Made by a program: the position numbers and the translations under genes
Origin: Eledone cirrhosa
Lineage: Eukaryota
Assembly: GCA_964016885.1 (NCBI GenBank)
Contig: OZ024741.1
Location: forward strand, 124,806,001-124,870,000
Length of the DNA: 64,000 bases
Direction: 5' to 3'
Part shown: in pieces, positions 12,243 through 25,129 of the stretch
Layout: every line of letters starts with the position of its first letter
How positions within the stretch are numbered: position 1 is the stretch's first letter
Notes under the pieces: generated by a model
The model's database searches: none
The model's input: the letters and a program-made list of their open reading frames with translations, nothing else
Told to the model about the DNA's origin: nothing

Positions 12243-13605
12243 GATACTACCTATAACGCCGTGCCCTTATAATATATGTCAGTATGTCTGGCTCTCTGTA
12301 TTACGACATTATGAAAAAATTGGCAGTATCGGTAGAGGATCGGACGCATAGAGTTACGGTCCTTGCCATTCTGAGTTCAAATCCCGCCAAGGTTAACTGT
12401 GCCTTTCATCCTTACAGGGTCGATAAAATATAGTACCAGTAATGTACTGGGTAATTGCTGGCCCTGTGCCAATAGTAGAAACAATTATGACAAACATTAT
12501 TCTCATTGCTAACGTATTATCTTCGCTATTTTCCGAACGAAAATTATCGACTTCCTGTTTTCCTTCGGTCGCAACGTTTTTCGAAATATTTACTTCTGCG
12601 TTTACAACTTGATTTTTTTAGTTTCAGAAGATCCCATTAAGGGTGAAAGCACACGTTGTAAGCAATGTCAATGTTATAGCTGCTACATAGGACTCCCATT
12701 ACCACTGAAATTTCACCTTTGCGTTCTGCATTTCCATCCGCAGGCAAACATGGAATGTTCTTCATAGTAGTCAGTTTATTGAGGGAGAAAGAGAAGGGTC
12801 TCGAATTTGCCGTCCAAAAAACCCATTGACAATAACGAAGACCGCTAACATCAACGCAGAATGATACATTGTAGGTCGCTTTAACCCGTCGTTTATTAAT
12901 CAAAAAACTTCTTGCCAATAAACTTTAACACTTTGTGCGCCATTCATCTAACTGTTGACCAACATATACCAACTAAACGGAGCGTTGACAAGAACGATAG
13001 CGAATGAATCTTCGAGGTAAGCAGTTTCCTCCCGAGCTGTTAGTTCACGCGGGATTCTCTGCTGCACCTTTTCATAATAATACCGAACAACGTACTGCTG
13101 GTCACTCCTTCCTCCAAAAGCCGTACAAAGTGGACATGTGCATCGGGCATATGGATCGGGTGCAAATCTACACCAGACCTACACGAGAAATTCGCAAGGG
13201 ACTGCACCGAGAGGGATAGAGGGAAAGAGTAACTTAGTGGAAAGTGTGCGAATGAACTTTTGAGGTAAGTAGCCTACGCCTTACTGCTATGACACTGGAA
13301 CCTTCTGCCAACTTAACCTGTGACTTTCTCTTTCACATTTACTCCAATACACCAAAACAGAGTGGAAACGCCGGGGGACAACTGTCACAGAAGGAGTATG
13401 AAAAGAAGAGGTTCAACAATATTTCTATGAACAATGCACGTAGACAGCTAAACTGTACTTTCAACTTCTTAATTTTCTCCAAATAAAACAAGTTTCCTCT
13501 CGGTATATTTTCGTGAATATTTTACAGGCACTCACAAATAAACGTTTCTGATTGGAGGTGGTATTACCAATGTTCTTACCCGTGAAACGCCGGGATACAC
13601 TGCTA

Positions 13606-13606
<1 letters not shown>
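12243..13606 (+). mobile_element. Probable non-autonomous Helitron (5' boundary uncertain) containing a family 1 SINE at ~12321-12488
   Basis: The 3' end has a hairpin CCCG tgaaacgc CGGG followed by ATACACTG-CTAG|T. 12530-12650 is shared with 27540-27655. Confidence 0.55.
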
Positions 13607-13674
<68 letters not shown>

Positions 13675-13744
13675 TGTGTGTGTGTATGTATGTATGTATA
13701 TATAAATATATATTAGATATTAGATTAACAATGATAATAATAAC

Positions 13745-13948
13745 GGTTTCTTATATAGGAACAAGACCACCAATTTGGGGGGAGGAAATGTCGATTATAT
13801 CATAACTAATGCGTGACTGGTATTTTATTTTATCGACCCCGTAAGGATGAAAGGTAAAGTTAACCTCGGCGGGATTTGAATTCAGATTATAAAGGGCCGT
13901 AACTCTATGCTGCAAAGCATGGCGTCCGACCATCTACCGATACTGCCA
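13745..13948 (-). mobile_element. tRNA-derived SINE (family 1)
   Basis: Reverse complement of the unit at 4500-4690. Confidence 0.85.
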
Positions 13949-14899
13949 AAAGGGCAAGTTATTTTACATATCCCTTTCATTGGTTTACGATCGTTTCGGA
14001 GGGTTGATCATATTGACATATTGACTGATCTATAGCAGTTAAAGAACTGTATACTATCAAACATAATATATGGCTTCGATCATACCGTCATCTTCGGAAA
14101 CAATGATGTTAGAATCTTTATTGGTAGTATATAAACTGGGTAGATATAAGAATAGACATACCATACAAATATATATTCCAGATTGCCTCCTTTGGTTCAT
14201 AAAAATAGTGGAAGGAGTGTTCTAGGAGCCTGTCCCCACTACCATTTAACGAATAAGAGGACGAAGAAGAAGAAGAAGAAGAAGAAGAAGAAGAAGAAGA
14301 AGAAGAAGAAGAAGAAGAAGAAGAAGGTGTGAGTGCCTTGTGCTATGGGTAATAAATCTTCTGAGAAAAGATGCCTTAATTGAGGGATGTTATGCATTTG
14401 GTTGATAATTAACCTGTTTTTACATGTCTTCTAATTTAGATATAGGTAAATTATTTCATTAGTATACAAGTTTATTAGATAAGTTACTGTATTGCTAACT
14501 TGAGAAAGTAATATTTAATAAATAATATTCAATAAATTAATAATATTTAATAACTTGTTTATTAATCGGGGTTATATGTGTATACATTCAAGTCCAATGT
14601 TGATTTAGGATTGGTAATTAAGTTTGGATAAAGGAAGAAGTTTGTGCTAATTATATAGGTTGTTTGGGATAATTCGTAAGTCATATAGAAATAACAGGTG
14701 AAGTATAATTCCAATATCGGAAAATATTGAGTGATATAAAATTCTCCATGCTAATATTATTTCTGGTTAGGTGATATTAATACATGGTAATTTAAGTTGT
14801 ATTTAAATTCTATTTAAATTTTAATATTCCTTGTGAATATTTATTTGAGTTTAGATAGAAGAATATGTTTTTCATGAAGTCAATTTGGTTTGATAGATT

Positions 14900-17234
14900 G
14901 TAAGTTATTTTTATTATTGAAATGAAGAACTACTACACCCGCCTAGGAGGGAACGGATTAATGCTGATTTAATTAATTACCAACATTCATTTATTTTATA
15001 GGCAGATTATTTGGGTAAGAATATATTATTTCTAGGTATGTCTCAGTTGATTGAAGAAACTAGTTATGACTACTTCCTTCTTTCACCTTTATATGAGTTA
15101 GTTCTCTCCAAAACACTTCATTTTTGGTTGTATTGTATTTTTTTCATTTTAAAATTGTTAATAGTTTCTGCTAGTGAGGTGGTGTTAGCTAATTTAGTAT
15201 TTTTAAAAGAATGGCTATGCGAATAGAACCTTTTAATAAAAGAATTAGATGTAGCATCTATGTAGGATTGTATATACTATACTGCTAATTAAGAAATTGC
15301 CATTAAGCTTTAATTTTACAGTTGCATCTGTTTGTTTGAGATGTGTTATATAATCTAAGATTATTATTTATGCTATTATTATTATTTTTGTTGCTATCAT
15401 TAATGTTATCACTGGTTGTATTGGTGTTTATTTCGTTGGTAATGCGACTACTTGAGGATGGGATTATGGATGGTAGTATCGGTAGAAGGTCGGGCGCCAT
15501 GCTTTGCAGCACAGTTACGTCCCTTTACGGACTGAGTTCAAATCCCGCCGAGGTTAACTTTGCCTTTCATCCTTATGGGGTCGATAAAATAAAGTACCAG
15601 TAACACACTGGGTTAATTGCTGGCCTTGTGCCAAAAGTAGAAACAATTATGGATATAGAATTGTTAGATATTAGGTTTGTTTACCTTAGATTAGTTGGTG
15701 TTAGGCTGGTTGCGGGTGTGTTTTCAATGATATGACCAGTCTATGAGATTATTACAGCCAGATGATTGCTGAATATTAGGTTGTGGGTGTGTAGTTAGTA
15801 TTATAAGATGTGTGTTGGTTTACATTGGAAGTAATATTAGGTGTAAGACCAGTTCCGTTTATTTGTGGGGGTGGGGTGATTTATGTGTGCATTATCTACT
15901 ATTCAACTTTTATAGAAATTAATTGCGCTTATATGTTGCTGCAGATTGGTTGATGTCAAGTAAGAAAATTTAACGGTAAAGCGGTTAAGGATTTGGTGAT
16001 AGTTATGGTTAGGTGGGAAGTGCTTATCTAAGATTGCAAAGATCTTTTTAGGAATGTGTCCCTGTATGTTGAAAGGTGCATTATACCATGTGATTTTTCT
16101 TTTACGACTTCTATTTCTTGTTTTATCTATATTTTTATAGTTATTCTCAATTTGATTCGGTGTATTGGTGTAATTAGAGGAGTTGGAGGGAATATTATAT
16201 CTATTATTATTGCTTATATGGTGTAGAATAGGTTTGCGATTGATATGTTCATGTGATTCAGGAGTATCATATTGTTGTCTAGCTATGTCTGTATGATTTG
16301 CAATGATGGCATTATTTTGCAGTTCGAGCACTCCATTATCAGAAATATTAGTAAACGTTTGGTTGGAAAGGTTAACAGGTGGAGGTATTTGTATAGGTGT
16401 GGCTGAGTCCGCTACTGCAGAATGATTATTTATAGAAATAGGTGATTGTATATTTAAGGTTACTTCAGGAGGTTTTTATTTAAATCCTCCATTCGTTTAC
16501 TCGAGTTATTAGCATTGTTAGTAGCGTTGTGGTTCGATGCTAAAATAGTATGGCATGCGTTAATAGAAGGAAGATTAGAAGTGTTGTCCATAGGAAATAA
16601 GTTCTTAATTTTCACGGAGTTTGTAGATACAGGGTTAGTTCTATATTTGAGAATTAAATTAACGGAGGAAGTTTTAGTAGAAATATGACTATCAGAACTG
16701 TTCTTAGGCACTCATTTTTTGTGCTTTTTGTAGATCGTAGGCACTGGGTCAGTGATGCTATTATTCGGTATATATGTGATGTGGTGTTTGTATCCGCTTC
16801 TAACGAGGGCTTCATTGTAGTACTGCGCATTTTTTAGATGTCCTGATTAGCTGATAGACTTGAGATCCTAAGTGATATGTTGTAGACTAGGTTGTCGAGG
16901 ATAGATCCAGTGTGGTTAGATTGCTTATAAACAGGTTTTTTGGGGGTTTATAGTATGGTTGATAAACATCAGTAGATAAGTCGAGTGTGATGTCCAGGAA
17001 GTTAAGTCTTTTAGTACTATCTTCGAAGGTTATTGAGAGATTGTAATAGTTTTTAAGGACATTTCAAATCTGCGTTTTCATTTTTTCTATGGATGAGAGA
17101 CTGAGATTTTTTACCCGCCAGAAGACAGTCATCTCGATATAAACCACTTTCTAGGTGAGGAAACGTGGATTTAATGTTAGATAGGAGGAAGAGACACAGA
17201 AGGTCTTTAACATGAGCCCCGAATCCATCGAACC

Positions 17235-17235
<1 letters not shown>
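14900..17235 (-). pseudogene. Degenerate Penelope-like element (RT, low-complexity insert, linker, eroded GIY-YIG), interrupted by a SINE
   Basis: Minus-strand motifs SGLYRDDCLL, LNFLDITLDL, RKITWYNAPFN, LDKHFPPNHNYHQILNRFTVKFSY, RCNC and SYIDATSNSFIKRFYSH. It begins at a (TA)n tract. The 3' boundary is approximate. Confidence 0.8.
15470..15650 (+). mobile_element. tRNA-derived SINE (family 1) nested in the PLE remnant
   Basis: Same head, B-box and core as 4500-4690. Confidence 0.85.
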
Positions 17236-17301
<66 letters not shown>

Positions 17302-17344
17302 AAATACAAATATTAATAAAATAGATGTTCTTTTGATCAATTGA

Positions 17345-17397
17345 ATTTTATTATACATATTTCGGAGGTACAACAATACGTCCTCATCAGACAAAAT
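17345..17397 (-). ncRNA. Minimal type I hammerhead ribozyme (family C)
   Basis: Inverted copy of 17498-17550 with the core intact. Confidence 0.8.
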
Positions 17398-17497
17398 ATA
17401 ATGATACATGACCTACCCTGAGATGTTAAATGGTTGAGATTTAATCAAGGTAAAATCTTAACCATTTAACATCTCATGGTATGTCATGTATCATTAT

Positions 17498-17550
17498 ATT
17501 TTGTCTGATGAGGACGTACTGTTGTACCTCCGAAATATGTATAATAAAAT
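17498..17550 (+). ncRNA. Minimal type I hammerhead ribozyme (family C)
   Basis: AUUUUGU-CUGAUGA-GGA c GUAC uguu GUAC c UCC-GAAA-UAUGUA-UA|AUAAAAU. Canonical core, 7 bp stem I and a minimal stem III. Confidence 0.85.
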
Positions 17551-17897
17551 TTAATTGATCAAAAGAACATCTATTTTATTAATATTTGTATTTTAATATT
17601 AATAACTCTGGAAAAAAAATTATTTTTCACTGTAGAGTGCTTCCAATCTACTGTAAAACTCATTCTTTGATATACTCATTGAATATTGTTTAACTCTTTA
17701 ATATATATATATGTATATATATATATATATGTATGTATGTATGTATCTATGTGTATGTATAATTCAAATTCAAAAAGTATATTCATATATAATATATACG
17801 TGTGTGTGTATGATTTAGATGTATATATGTATGTACATATGTTTACATATGTATATATGTGCATGTTTATAGAAATATATGCATATATACGTATATG

Positions 17898-17991
<94 letters not shown>

Positions 17992-18309
17992 TATAGGTGT
18001 GTGTGCGTGTGTGTTTATTTTGAATGCGTTGTCTTAAGGTGTGATTTTGCATCTCACACGCGATACTGTTCTCATCTTTCCGTCTATAGTGTCTTATAAG
18101 CTCAAACTGTTCGATTACTTTTCACAGTAAAAACAACCTACGTTCAAGGAGTTAAATAACATACATTCAAAATTCATTCAAAATTCAAACTTCATAGCTG
18201 CTCAATCGCTCACCATGAGGTATCACGTATATAGACGAGGAATCAATATTCACAAAACATCATGAAAAACTGACGTTAAGTATGTGATACCGTCTCCATT
18301 CTCTTTATG

Positions 18310-18364
<55 letters not shown>

Positions 18365-18513
18365 ATAAGAGAGCACATCTTTCAGACGACCCAAACAATA
18401 CAATCGAAAACCAGCTTACAAGAGTTTTAAATTTACCCTAATAATAAATGTTTTGAAAACCTAGATCGGAGAAAGTAGGCTTCGCTAACATTAATTTAAA
18501 CTCTGTATCTCAA

Positions 18514-18559
18514 TTTTACTTTTGGAAAGCATAAGAACTGTGAAACCGGTAAAGTAAAA
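18514..18559 (+). ncRNA. Hammerhead remnant, U3-A8 family B (A6 mutated)
   Basis: UUUUACUU-UUGGAAA-GCA uaagaac UGU-GAAA-CCGG-UA|AAGUAAAA, with an 8 bp stem I. The downstream 18579-18625 matches the reverse complement of 1-56. Confidence 0.55.
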
Positions 18560-18672
18560 AAATAAATTTTCTTAAAAGACTCCAGTTTCATTTTCACTTT
18601 CTTTTCCCTATACTTTCACCCGTGTATGACATCTGATTCATTTGGTTTTTTCTTTTTAATAAAACTTCATTT

Positions 18673-18709
<37 letters not shown>

Positions 18710-18755
18710 GATAATGGGGTTTAGAACCCTCAGATAAATGGAAAAAGATGAGTAT

Positions 18756-18826
18756 TGACGTACATGGGAGTCGAACCCACATCTTTTTTTATCCAGACCA
18801 CTGTATAATCATTACACCAGTACATC
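18756..18826 (-). tRNA. tRNA-like cloverleaf in repeat unit (anticodon stem eroded, loop CUGGAUA)
   Basis: Acceptor GAUGUAC/GUACGUC and T arm GUGGG-UUCGACU-CCCAU. Probably not a decoding tRNA. Confidence 0.45.
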
Positions 18827-19134
18827 ACCCATCTCCTTCCATTCAAATTAGAAGCTACATTCTTAGTGAGTATAAATGACAAGTAAGTATGTTTTGAAAC
18901 AGTGAGCAGGTTTGAAATTAGAAAATAGAATAGCTTTCACCGTATTTTTGACTAAAGAAATTTTAGTCTGATAATGGGGTTTAAAACCTTCAGATAAATG
19001 GAGAAAGATGAGTATTGACGTACATGGGAGTCGAACCCACATCTTTGGTTACCTTATCACTGTTTCAAAACATACTTACTTGTCATTTATACTCGCTAAG
19101 GATGTAGCTTCTAATTTGAATGAAGGAGATGGGT

Positions 19135-19205
19135 GATGTGTTGGTGTAATGGTAGCACAGTGGTCTGTATAACCAAAGATGTGGGTTCGACTCCCATGTA
19201 CGTCA
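19135..19205 (+). tRNA. tRNA-like 71 nt cloverleaf in repeat unit (loop CUGUAUA)
   Basis: GAUGUGU UG GUGU-AAUGGUA-GCAC A GUGGU-CUGUAUA-ACCAA AGAU GUGGG-UUCGACU-CCCAU GUACGUC A. Canonical arm spacing, A and B boxes, and a T5 run about 10 nt downstream. Confidence 0.6.
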
Positions 19206-19394
19206 ATACTCATCTTTTTCTATTTATCTGAGGGTTCTAAACCCCATTATCAGACTAAAATTTCTTTAGTCAAAAATACGGTGAAAGCTATTTTATTTTC
19301 TCATTTCAAACCTGCTCACTGTTTCAAAACATACTTACTTGTCATTTATACTCGCTAAGAATGTTGCTTATAATTTGAATGGAAGGAGGTGGGT

Positions 19395-19465
19395 GATGTA
19401 CTGGTGTAATGGTAGCACAGGTGTCTGGATAACCAAAGATGTGGGTTTGACTCCCATGTACGTCG
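19395..19465 (+). tRNA. tRNA-like cloverleaf in repeat unit (loop CUGGAUA, T-loop mutated)
   Basis: Second plus-strand copy, with acceptor and D stems intact. Confidence 0.45.
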
Positions 19466-19834
19466 ATACTCATCTTTTTTCCATTTATCTGAGGGTTCTA
19501 AACCCCATTATCAGACTAAAGTTTCTTTAGTAAAAAATACGGTGAAAGCTATTCTATTTTCTAATTTCAAACCTGCTCACTGTTTCAAAACATACTTACT
19601 TATCATTTATATATATATATATAGTAAAATAATGGAGTAAAGGACTCGCGTATAATCCTGTAATTTAATTAGCTCAAAGGAAAAAGTGTTCCTGGTCACT
19701 CAAAATACAATATAGAGAGGAAGAACACAGGAGAGTGTGTTTTCATTTACAGGATTTATAACCACCGGCGTGAAGAGAATATAAGCTGTGAAAGGTATAG
19801 GAAATGTATTTCCTACACCTCTGAGCAGCCTAAT

Positions 19835-20681
19835 TTTCATTTATCGTTTTCGGTACGCCCGGCCGACTAACTCATTCGATATGCAAATTAGGCTGTTCCG
19901 CCGTTAATATGCGTAAGGAAAGTATATACTTTCAAACGTTCAATCGACTGACAGGAAGGTATACGGTGCTAATAACAGCTAGTAAGCTAGAAACTAGTTC
20001 ATGTTCCTTTGTCATTGTTGAACAAAAGAACAACGATGGTTGCCGAACACTGTTCGGCTTAATTCGGGCTGTTTGTTTACAACCAAGCCGAACATTATAA
20101 TAAATATTCGGTAAACCCATACGTACATATATGTATGTGTACATCTATATATATACATACTTCTGTACGTCTGTATACATATATGTATGTACGTATACAT
20201 ATTTATATTTAAGTATCAGCCGTACTAAAAGTGAGAAATGAAATTTCATTTTTTCCATTTATCCTTTTCGGTACGCCCGGCCGACTAACTCACCCGATAT
20301 GCAAATTAGGCTGCTCAGCCGTTAATATCCATAAAGAAAGTATATACTTTCAAACGTTCAATCGACTGAAAGGAAGGTATACGGTGTTGATGACAGCTAG
20401 TAAGCTAGAAACTAGTTCATCGTTCCTTTGTCAGTGTTGAACAAAAGGGCAACGATGGTTGCCGAATACTGTACGGCTTAATTGGGGCTGTTTGTTTACA
20501 AACAAAACGAGCATTATAATAAATGTTCGGTAAACCCATACGTACATATATGTATGTGTGCATGTATGTATGTATATACATACTTCTGTACGTATGTACA
20601 CATATATGTGTGTACGTATACATACGTATATTTAAGTATCAGCCGTACTAAGAGTGTGAAATGAAATTTCATTTTTTCCAT
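19835..20681 (+). mobile_element. Tandem dimer of a ~418 bp hammerhead-bearing unit (family E)
   Basis: TTTTCGGTACGCCCGGCCGACTAAC at about 19847 and 20265. One HHR motif per unit (19963-20004 mutated, 20381-20423). The same family is at 38271-38980. Confidence 0.8.
20381..20423 (+). ncRNA. Minimal type I hammerhead ribozyme (family E, C3U in this copy)
   Basis: ACGGUG-UUGAUGA-cAGCU agua AGCUa-GAAA-CUAG-UU|CAUCGU. Confidence 0.6.
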
Positions 20682-21411
20682 CTATATATATACTTTTGCA
20701 TCATTCGTCTTGCACATCACATTGGTCAACCTGATGTTATAGTAGAAGTCACTTGGTTATATTTTACAGAGAGTGACAAACACATAATTGTCTGATATAT
20801 TGTATGATATAATTTCAAAAATTATGCTAATTATAGACGGAATACGACAGATATAAATAATGGCGTCATTATTCTAAGTCTTGTGTGCTGAATACAATGT
20901 TTGGTAATTACATGGCTAAAATCTATACCTGTATTTTCTATTGTAAAATTGCTCAAGGTTTATTAAACTTTTCTTTAGTGTTTTTATTCTGCTTCATATT
21001 TCCTGACTTGTCACTTTCTCAGTAAATACATCATTATTTGATAAATTATGGCTTTTTCATTTACTATATACATATTATAAATTGCTTTTCCACTGTAGAC
21101 TTTGGATGAAAGCTTTATTATAGAAGCATGTGTATAAACATCTTACAAGTTAGCTGTGGCCCTCAGCAACTCAAAATACATTTATATGATTTAAGCGGCA
21201 GTAAGTTGATTTGTGTGCTGCAGTGTCATATTGCATGGGATATCTATTAATCATTGTCAGTTTAGACTATACTCATATAACATTGCAAAGACCAAAATAT
21301 ATTTACAATCATTTTAGTTTAGAGATTTTAACTGACACTTTCATGGGAATAATTCTCTCTGAACGTAAATGAAAATAAATGGTCGAATGACAGTGCTATC
21401 ATAGATTCAAG

Positions 21412-21460
<49 letters not shown>

Positions 21461-21463
<3 letters not shown>

Positions 21464-21680
21464 ATAATAATAAATTTGATGACTAAAATCCAAAGAGGGC
21501 TCGATAAGGATAAATATATATCAAATATATAAGGACCGTAGAGCAAATATTTATTAAAATAACAGATTAAAGTTTAAGTAAAGAATCGCTGCTTTCACCC
21601 TTAACGGGATCAGAAGATCCCGTTAAGGGTGAAAGCAGCGATTCTTTGCTTAAACTTTAATCTGTTATTTTAATAAATAT
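21461..21680. mobile_element. (TA)n-flanked foldback pLTR cassette (family F) with degenerate hammerhead-like motif at the apex
   Basis: 21547-21611 and 21616-21680 form a near-perfect palindrome around ...GGGATCAGAAGATCCC.... The same family is at 60062-60181 and at the PLE end 37611-37675. Confidence 0.8.
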
Positions 21681-21719
21681 ATATATATTTATATATTAAC
21701 ATACATACACGCACCTGCA

Positions 21720-21836
<117 letters not shown>

Positions 21837-22059
21837 CTAGCAATATGAGTGAGTAGTGAGGTACAGAAACATCTGCCGTACAGCAGAGGCGAGGATGTGA
21901 TATAGTTCGACGGTGCAAATGCCTACGATAAAGTTGATCATGTAGATACGTTTCAAGCTGCGAAGCCGTGCCATAGATGGACAACTAAGAGATTGGCAGC
22001 ATGATTTGTTAAAAGTCAGTGACCAGACTGTGACATCTAATGGAACTCTTACATTAATA

Positions 22060-22390
22060 GCGAGTGTTGTTAGTTTAGGGGTTAAGAAGGCTATTGATTA
22101 AATAGATTGCAATATTTTCTTCAGAAAACTATGAAAGTGTGTTACGAAAACACAACGTCATCAGGCATTGCTGAATGTGTGTAACGAATGAATTTGATGT
22201 TATATTTGGCCTACTTCAATGCGATGTATTTCATTTCATTGTCGTGATTGACTGGTTGGTAAAAATCGCCAATATCGAGTATCCTGAAAACGTCTTTGTG
22301 ACCTTGAATATGCAGACAAAATCGGCGTGTTGGTCAATGAACTTGAAAGAAAGTAAAACTAGTTCATGCACTGGTCTCTACAGCTAAAGA
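22060..22390 (+). pseudogene. Old RTE/LINE reverse transcriptase fragment
   Basis: EFDVIFGLLQCDVFHFIVVIDWLVK (an eroded GVxQGD motif) followed by DLEYADKIGVL (an eroded YADD). Confidence 0.55.
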
Positions 22391-22667
22391 AGTTATTCTG
22401 TTATTTAACATATACCAAGTTAATATAACCCTAGATAGAACATTACTTGAACCAAGTGTCATCTTTCTTAAAAGTTAACATGTAAGAATTCAATTATAGC
22501 AGGTAAAGCGCTTGGTCAGCCTGTAAAATATGTGCAAGTCGAGTGTCAACATAGCAATAAAAATGAAAATCTTAAAAGTATCGATCTTGTCTGTCGAATG
22601 AGTCTTGTCTGTTCTCTTCTACGCAACTAAAATGTCCATCCCAACAAAGACGCTGTAGCAGTAAAAA

Positions 22668-22877
22668 TAATGATTTCTGGTTTAGGCAAAAGGCCAACAA
22701 TTTTTGGGGGGAGCGGAAAGTCGATTAAATTGATCCCAATATGTTACCGGTACTTTGTTTTATCGACCTCGTAAGGATGAAAGGCAAAGCTAACCTCGGC
22801 GAGATTTATACTCAGAGCGTAAAGAGGCGTAACTAAATGCCACAATACGCTTTGTCAGATGCTCTAACGATTCTGCC
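22668..22877 (-). mobile_element. tRNA-derived SINE (family 1, older copy)
   Basis: Contains the reverse-complement core TTTTATCGACCTCGTAAGGATGAAAGGCAAAG. Confidence 0.8.
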
Positions 22878-25129
22878 TATAAGGCCTTTGATACATATAA
22901 CAAATATTCATTTTACAGCCGTCGAAATTTTTTTTCTTTTCTAAACTAAAATTGTTTGATGGTTCCCTCGATGACAAAACCAAAAAAAACAATACTACTC
23001 ATTAGAAAAGCTGTTGTTTTTTTATATATATATTATCTCCCTTGGTGCTTTTTCTGGTTGTTGAAGTTCAACCGAACGAAGAAAATTCCTTATTTAACAT
23101 TAAACCGCAGATAAATCTATCTTTAGTCTCTAGACTCATCTCTTTCCCATCTCTATAATTATTTATGAGAAAACATAAAACCATGCAAAATGTACTCCGG
23201 AGATTCTAAGACTTGTTTGTACTAACGTTCCGTTTTTTTTGGTTGTTTTTTTAAACTTTAATATATCTCACCACTGAAGTTTTGACCGAATTAAATTTAA
23301 ATTTCCTTTTTTTGTTTTGTATAATAAAGCATCTGTTGTATAACTAAAGCTGACAGTTTTACGAGTGTGCTTTGGCCCTTTCCCCCTCACCACTCCGTTT
23401 GAGTCTCCCATTGCATCAGGAGTGTGGGAAGACCATTGTGGGAGACACTTTTGTACAGCTAGCCTTTGTACAGCGAGCCTTTGTGGTTGTCACCATAGCC
23501 ACCCGTCTCATTGCCCTAACATATCACTGATGGTTTCGTAAACCACATTTAGCTATTATCCCCTATGCATTTTCTTCTTTCCATATCTCACAGTTAAAAT
23601 GGAGATAAATGAGAATATTATTACCGAATAGAATTGCACAATAAAGAAAGTATTGTTTAAAAAAGGATTAAAATAATAAATAATATTTTTAAAAGAGGAG
23701 GGGAATGAGAGAAAATGGTGGGAAAAAACAATAAGATAATGAAAAGGGGGAAGGGAAATAAAACAATACACACTCTACAATTGGTTTGGTGGTATATCGC
23801 AACTACATTTAACAATGTGTCAAAATATAGAAGCAGTCTGCTTTGCTTTTCTATGTGATGAATATTTGCATTTAAAACATAAACCATTTTTATTAATACA
23901 CGTTAAGGCGAATGCTTTCACATTTCAAAAGTGCGTAAAACTCAAAGCATTCATTAAATATATGAACATATAAACAGAATGCTGAATAGCTGAATGCTTA
24001 ATGAGTTCAATTCCTAATCATTAGGTTCCGAGTTCAAATCCACTAAGTGACGTCTCGGGCAAGTTCATGGAAGCTGTTTGGAAACCCGTTAAAAGGACAC
24101 TACCTGTAATTGAAAGGACCAGCCATGTCACGAGCTCCGTCATGTTGAACCACTCTAAACATTACTTTAAGGCTACAGTTGATTGTTAATTTCATAAGCA
24201 GCAAGGAAGTCCCGTTGATCGGACAACTGGAACACTCATCGTCAAAACGAACAGAGACCCATTCTATATATTATAAGTTCACCTCAGTGCTTCACTATCT
24301 TGATTTCCTATATTGATTCAATTTCGGATTGAATTCAATTTTGATGTTGGATCACCATCGATTCCAACGAGTGTGTGGACAACGGAGTAACCTGCTCATG
24401 AAACTAAATGTGCAAGTTATTGAGCATTCCACCGTAAATTCTTTAAGTAGATATCAGGGAAATTCAGCGTAACACTGTATTTGACAAGGCTGGCCTTTTG
24501 AATTTGAGGAACGACTCGTTCCCGCAAGCTGAATAGAGAGGAATGATGTGAACTAACATATCTTCGGAAGACAACACACCACTGGAAATCAACCTCATGA
24601 GAGTTGTGAGCTGAATATCCTACTGTGATGAGGCGTGAGACTGGAAGTGAAGTCATGTTGTCGACTAGGATACCCCTTTCGGTCCCTTTTTCCGTCTGAC
24701 AACAGCGGAGACAGTTGGTCTGTGTGAGACTCTCCCAATTCTCTTTAGCTGAACAAAAGTGCGAGGTGGTTCAGGCTGCTCTAATGAGCGAGTGAAAGAA
24801 CCAACAGTTTCATTTCTTCACTTGCATCTACAATAGATGTAAGCCCTGCATATTTCTGCTATTTTGGATTATAAAGTAATACTACCTTTCTTTTTATGAA
24901 ATGTCATTTACATACTACAATCTCCGAGTCTCACAAATACGCTCCACGTGTGATGTGTTGTAGACTTAATATATCGCCCAGTTTGACATCAGCAGAATCA
25001 AATTGTAGCAAAATAATTTCAGACCGGGTCTATGGTCTTGGGATAACATTTTCTCATCCTTCTAACTGCATCAAATGACTTGAAATATTATCATGAGTGC
25101 TGCCTACACTTCTCTAATTAGGTCATAAG

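Larger units (their letters stand above)
17300..17701. mobile_element. (TA)n-flanked foldback pLTR cassette (family C)
   Basis: 17300-17440 is the reverse complement of 17454-17594. The right arm has a further ~105 bp tail. A second copy is at 62656-63019. Confidence 0.9.
18705..19610. mobile_element. (TA)n-flanked tandem and inverted array of a ~260 bp tRNA-containing unit
   Basis: Minus-strand units at 18705-19050, inversion near 19055, then plus-strand units starting at 19058, 19317 and 19578 (partial). Confidence 0.85.

Noticed and set aside
19135-19205. Functional tRNA-Tyr(GUA) gene
   Set aside because: Sister copies read GGA, position 37 is U, the top anticodon-stem pair is G-A, the acceptor has three G-U pairs, and it lies in a mobile repeat. 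It is kept only as tRNA-like.
24880-25110. Possible host pseudo-exon on the minus strand
   Set aside because: Multiple stops and no recognisable protein motif.
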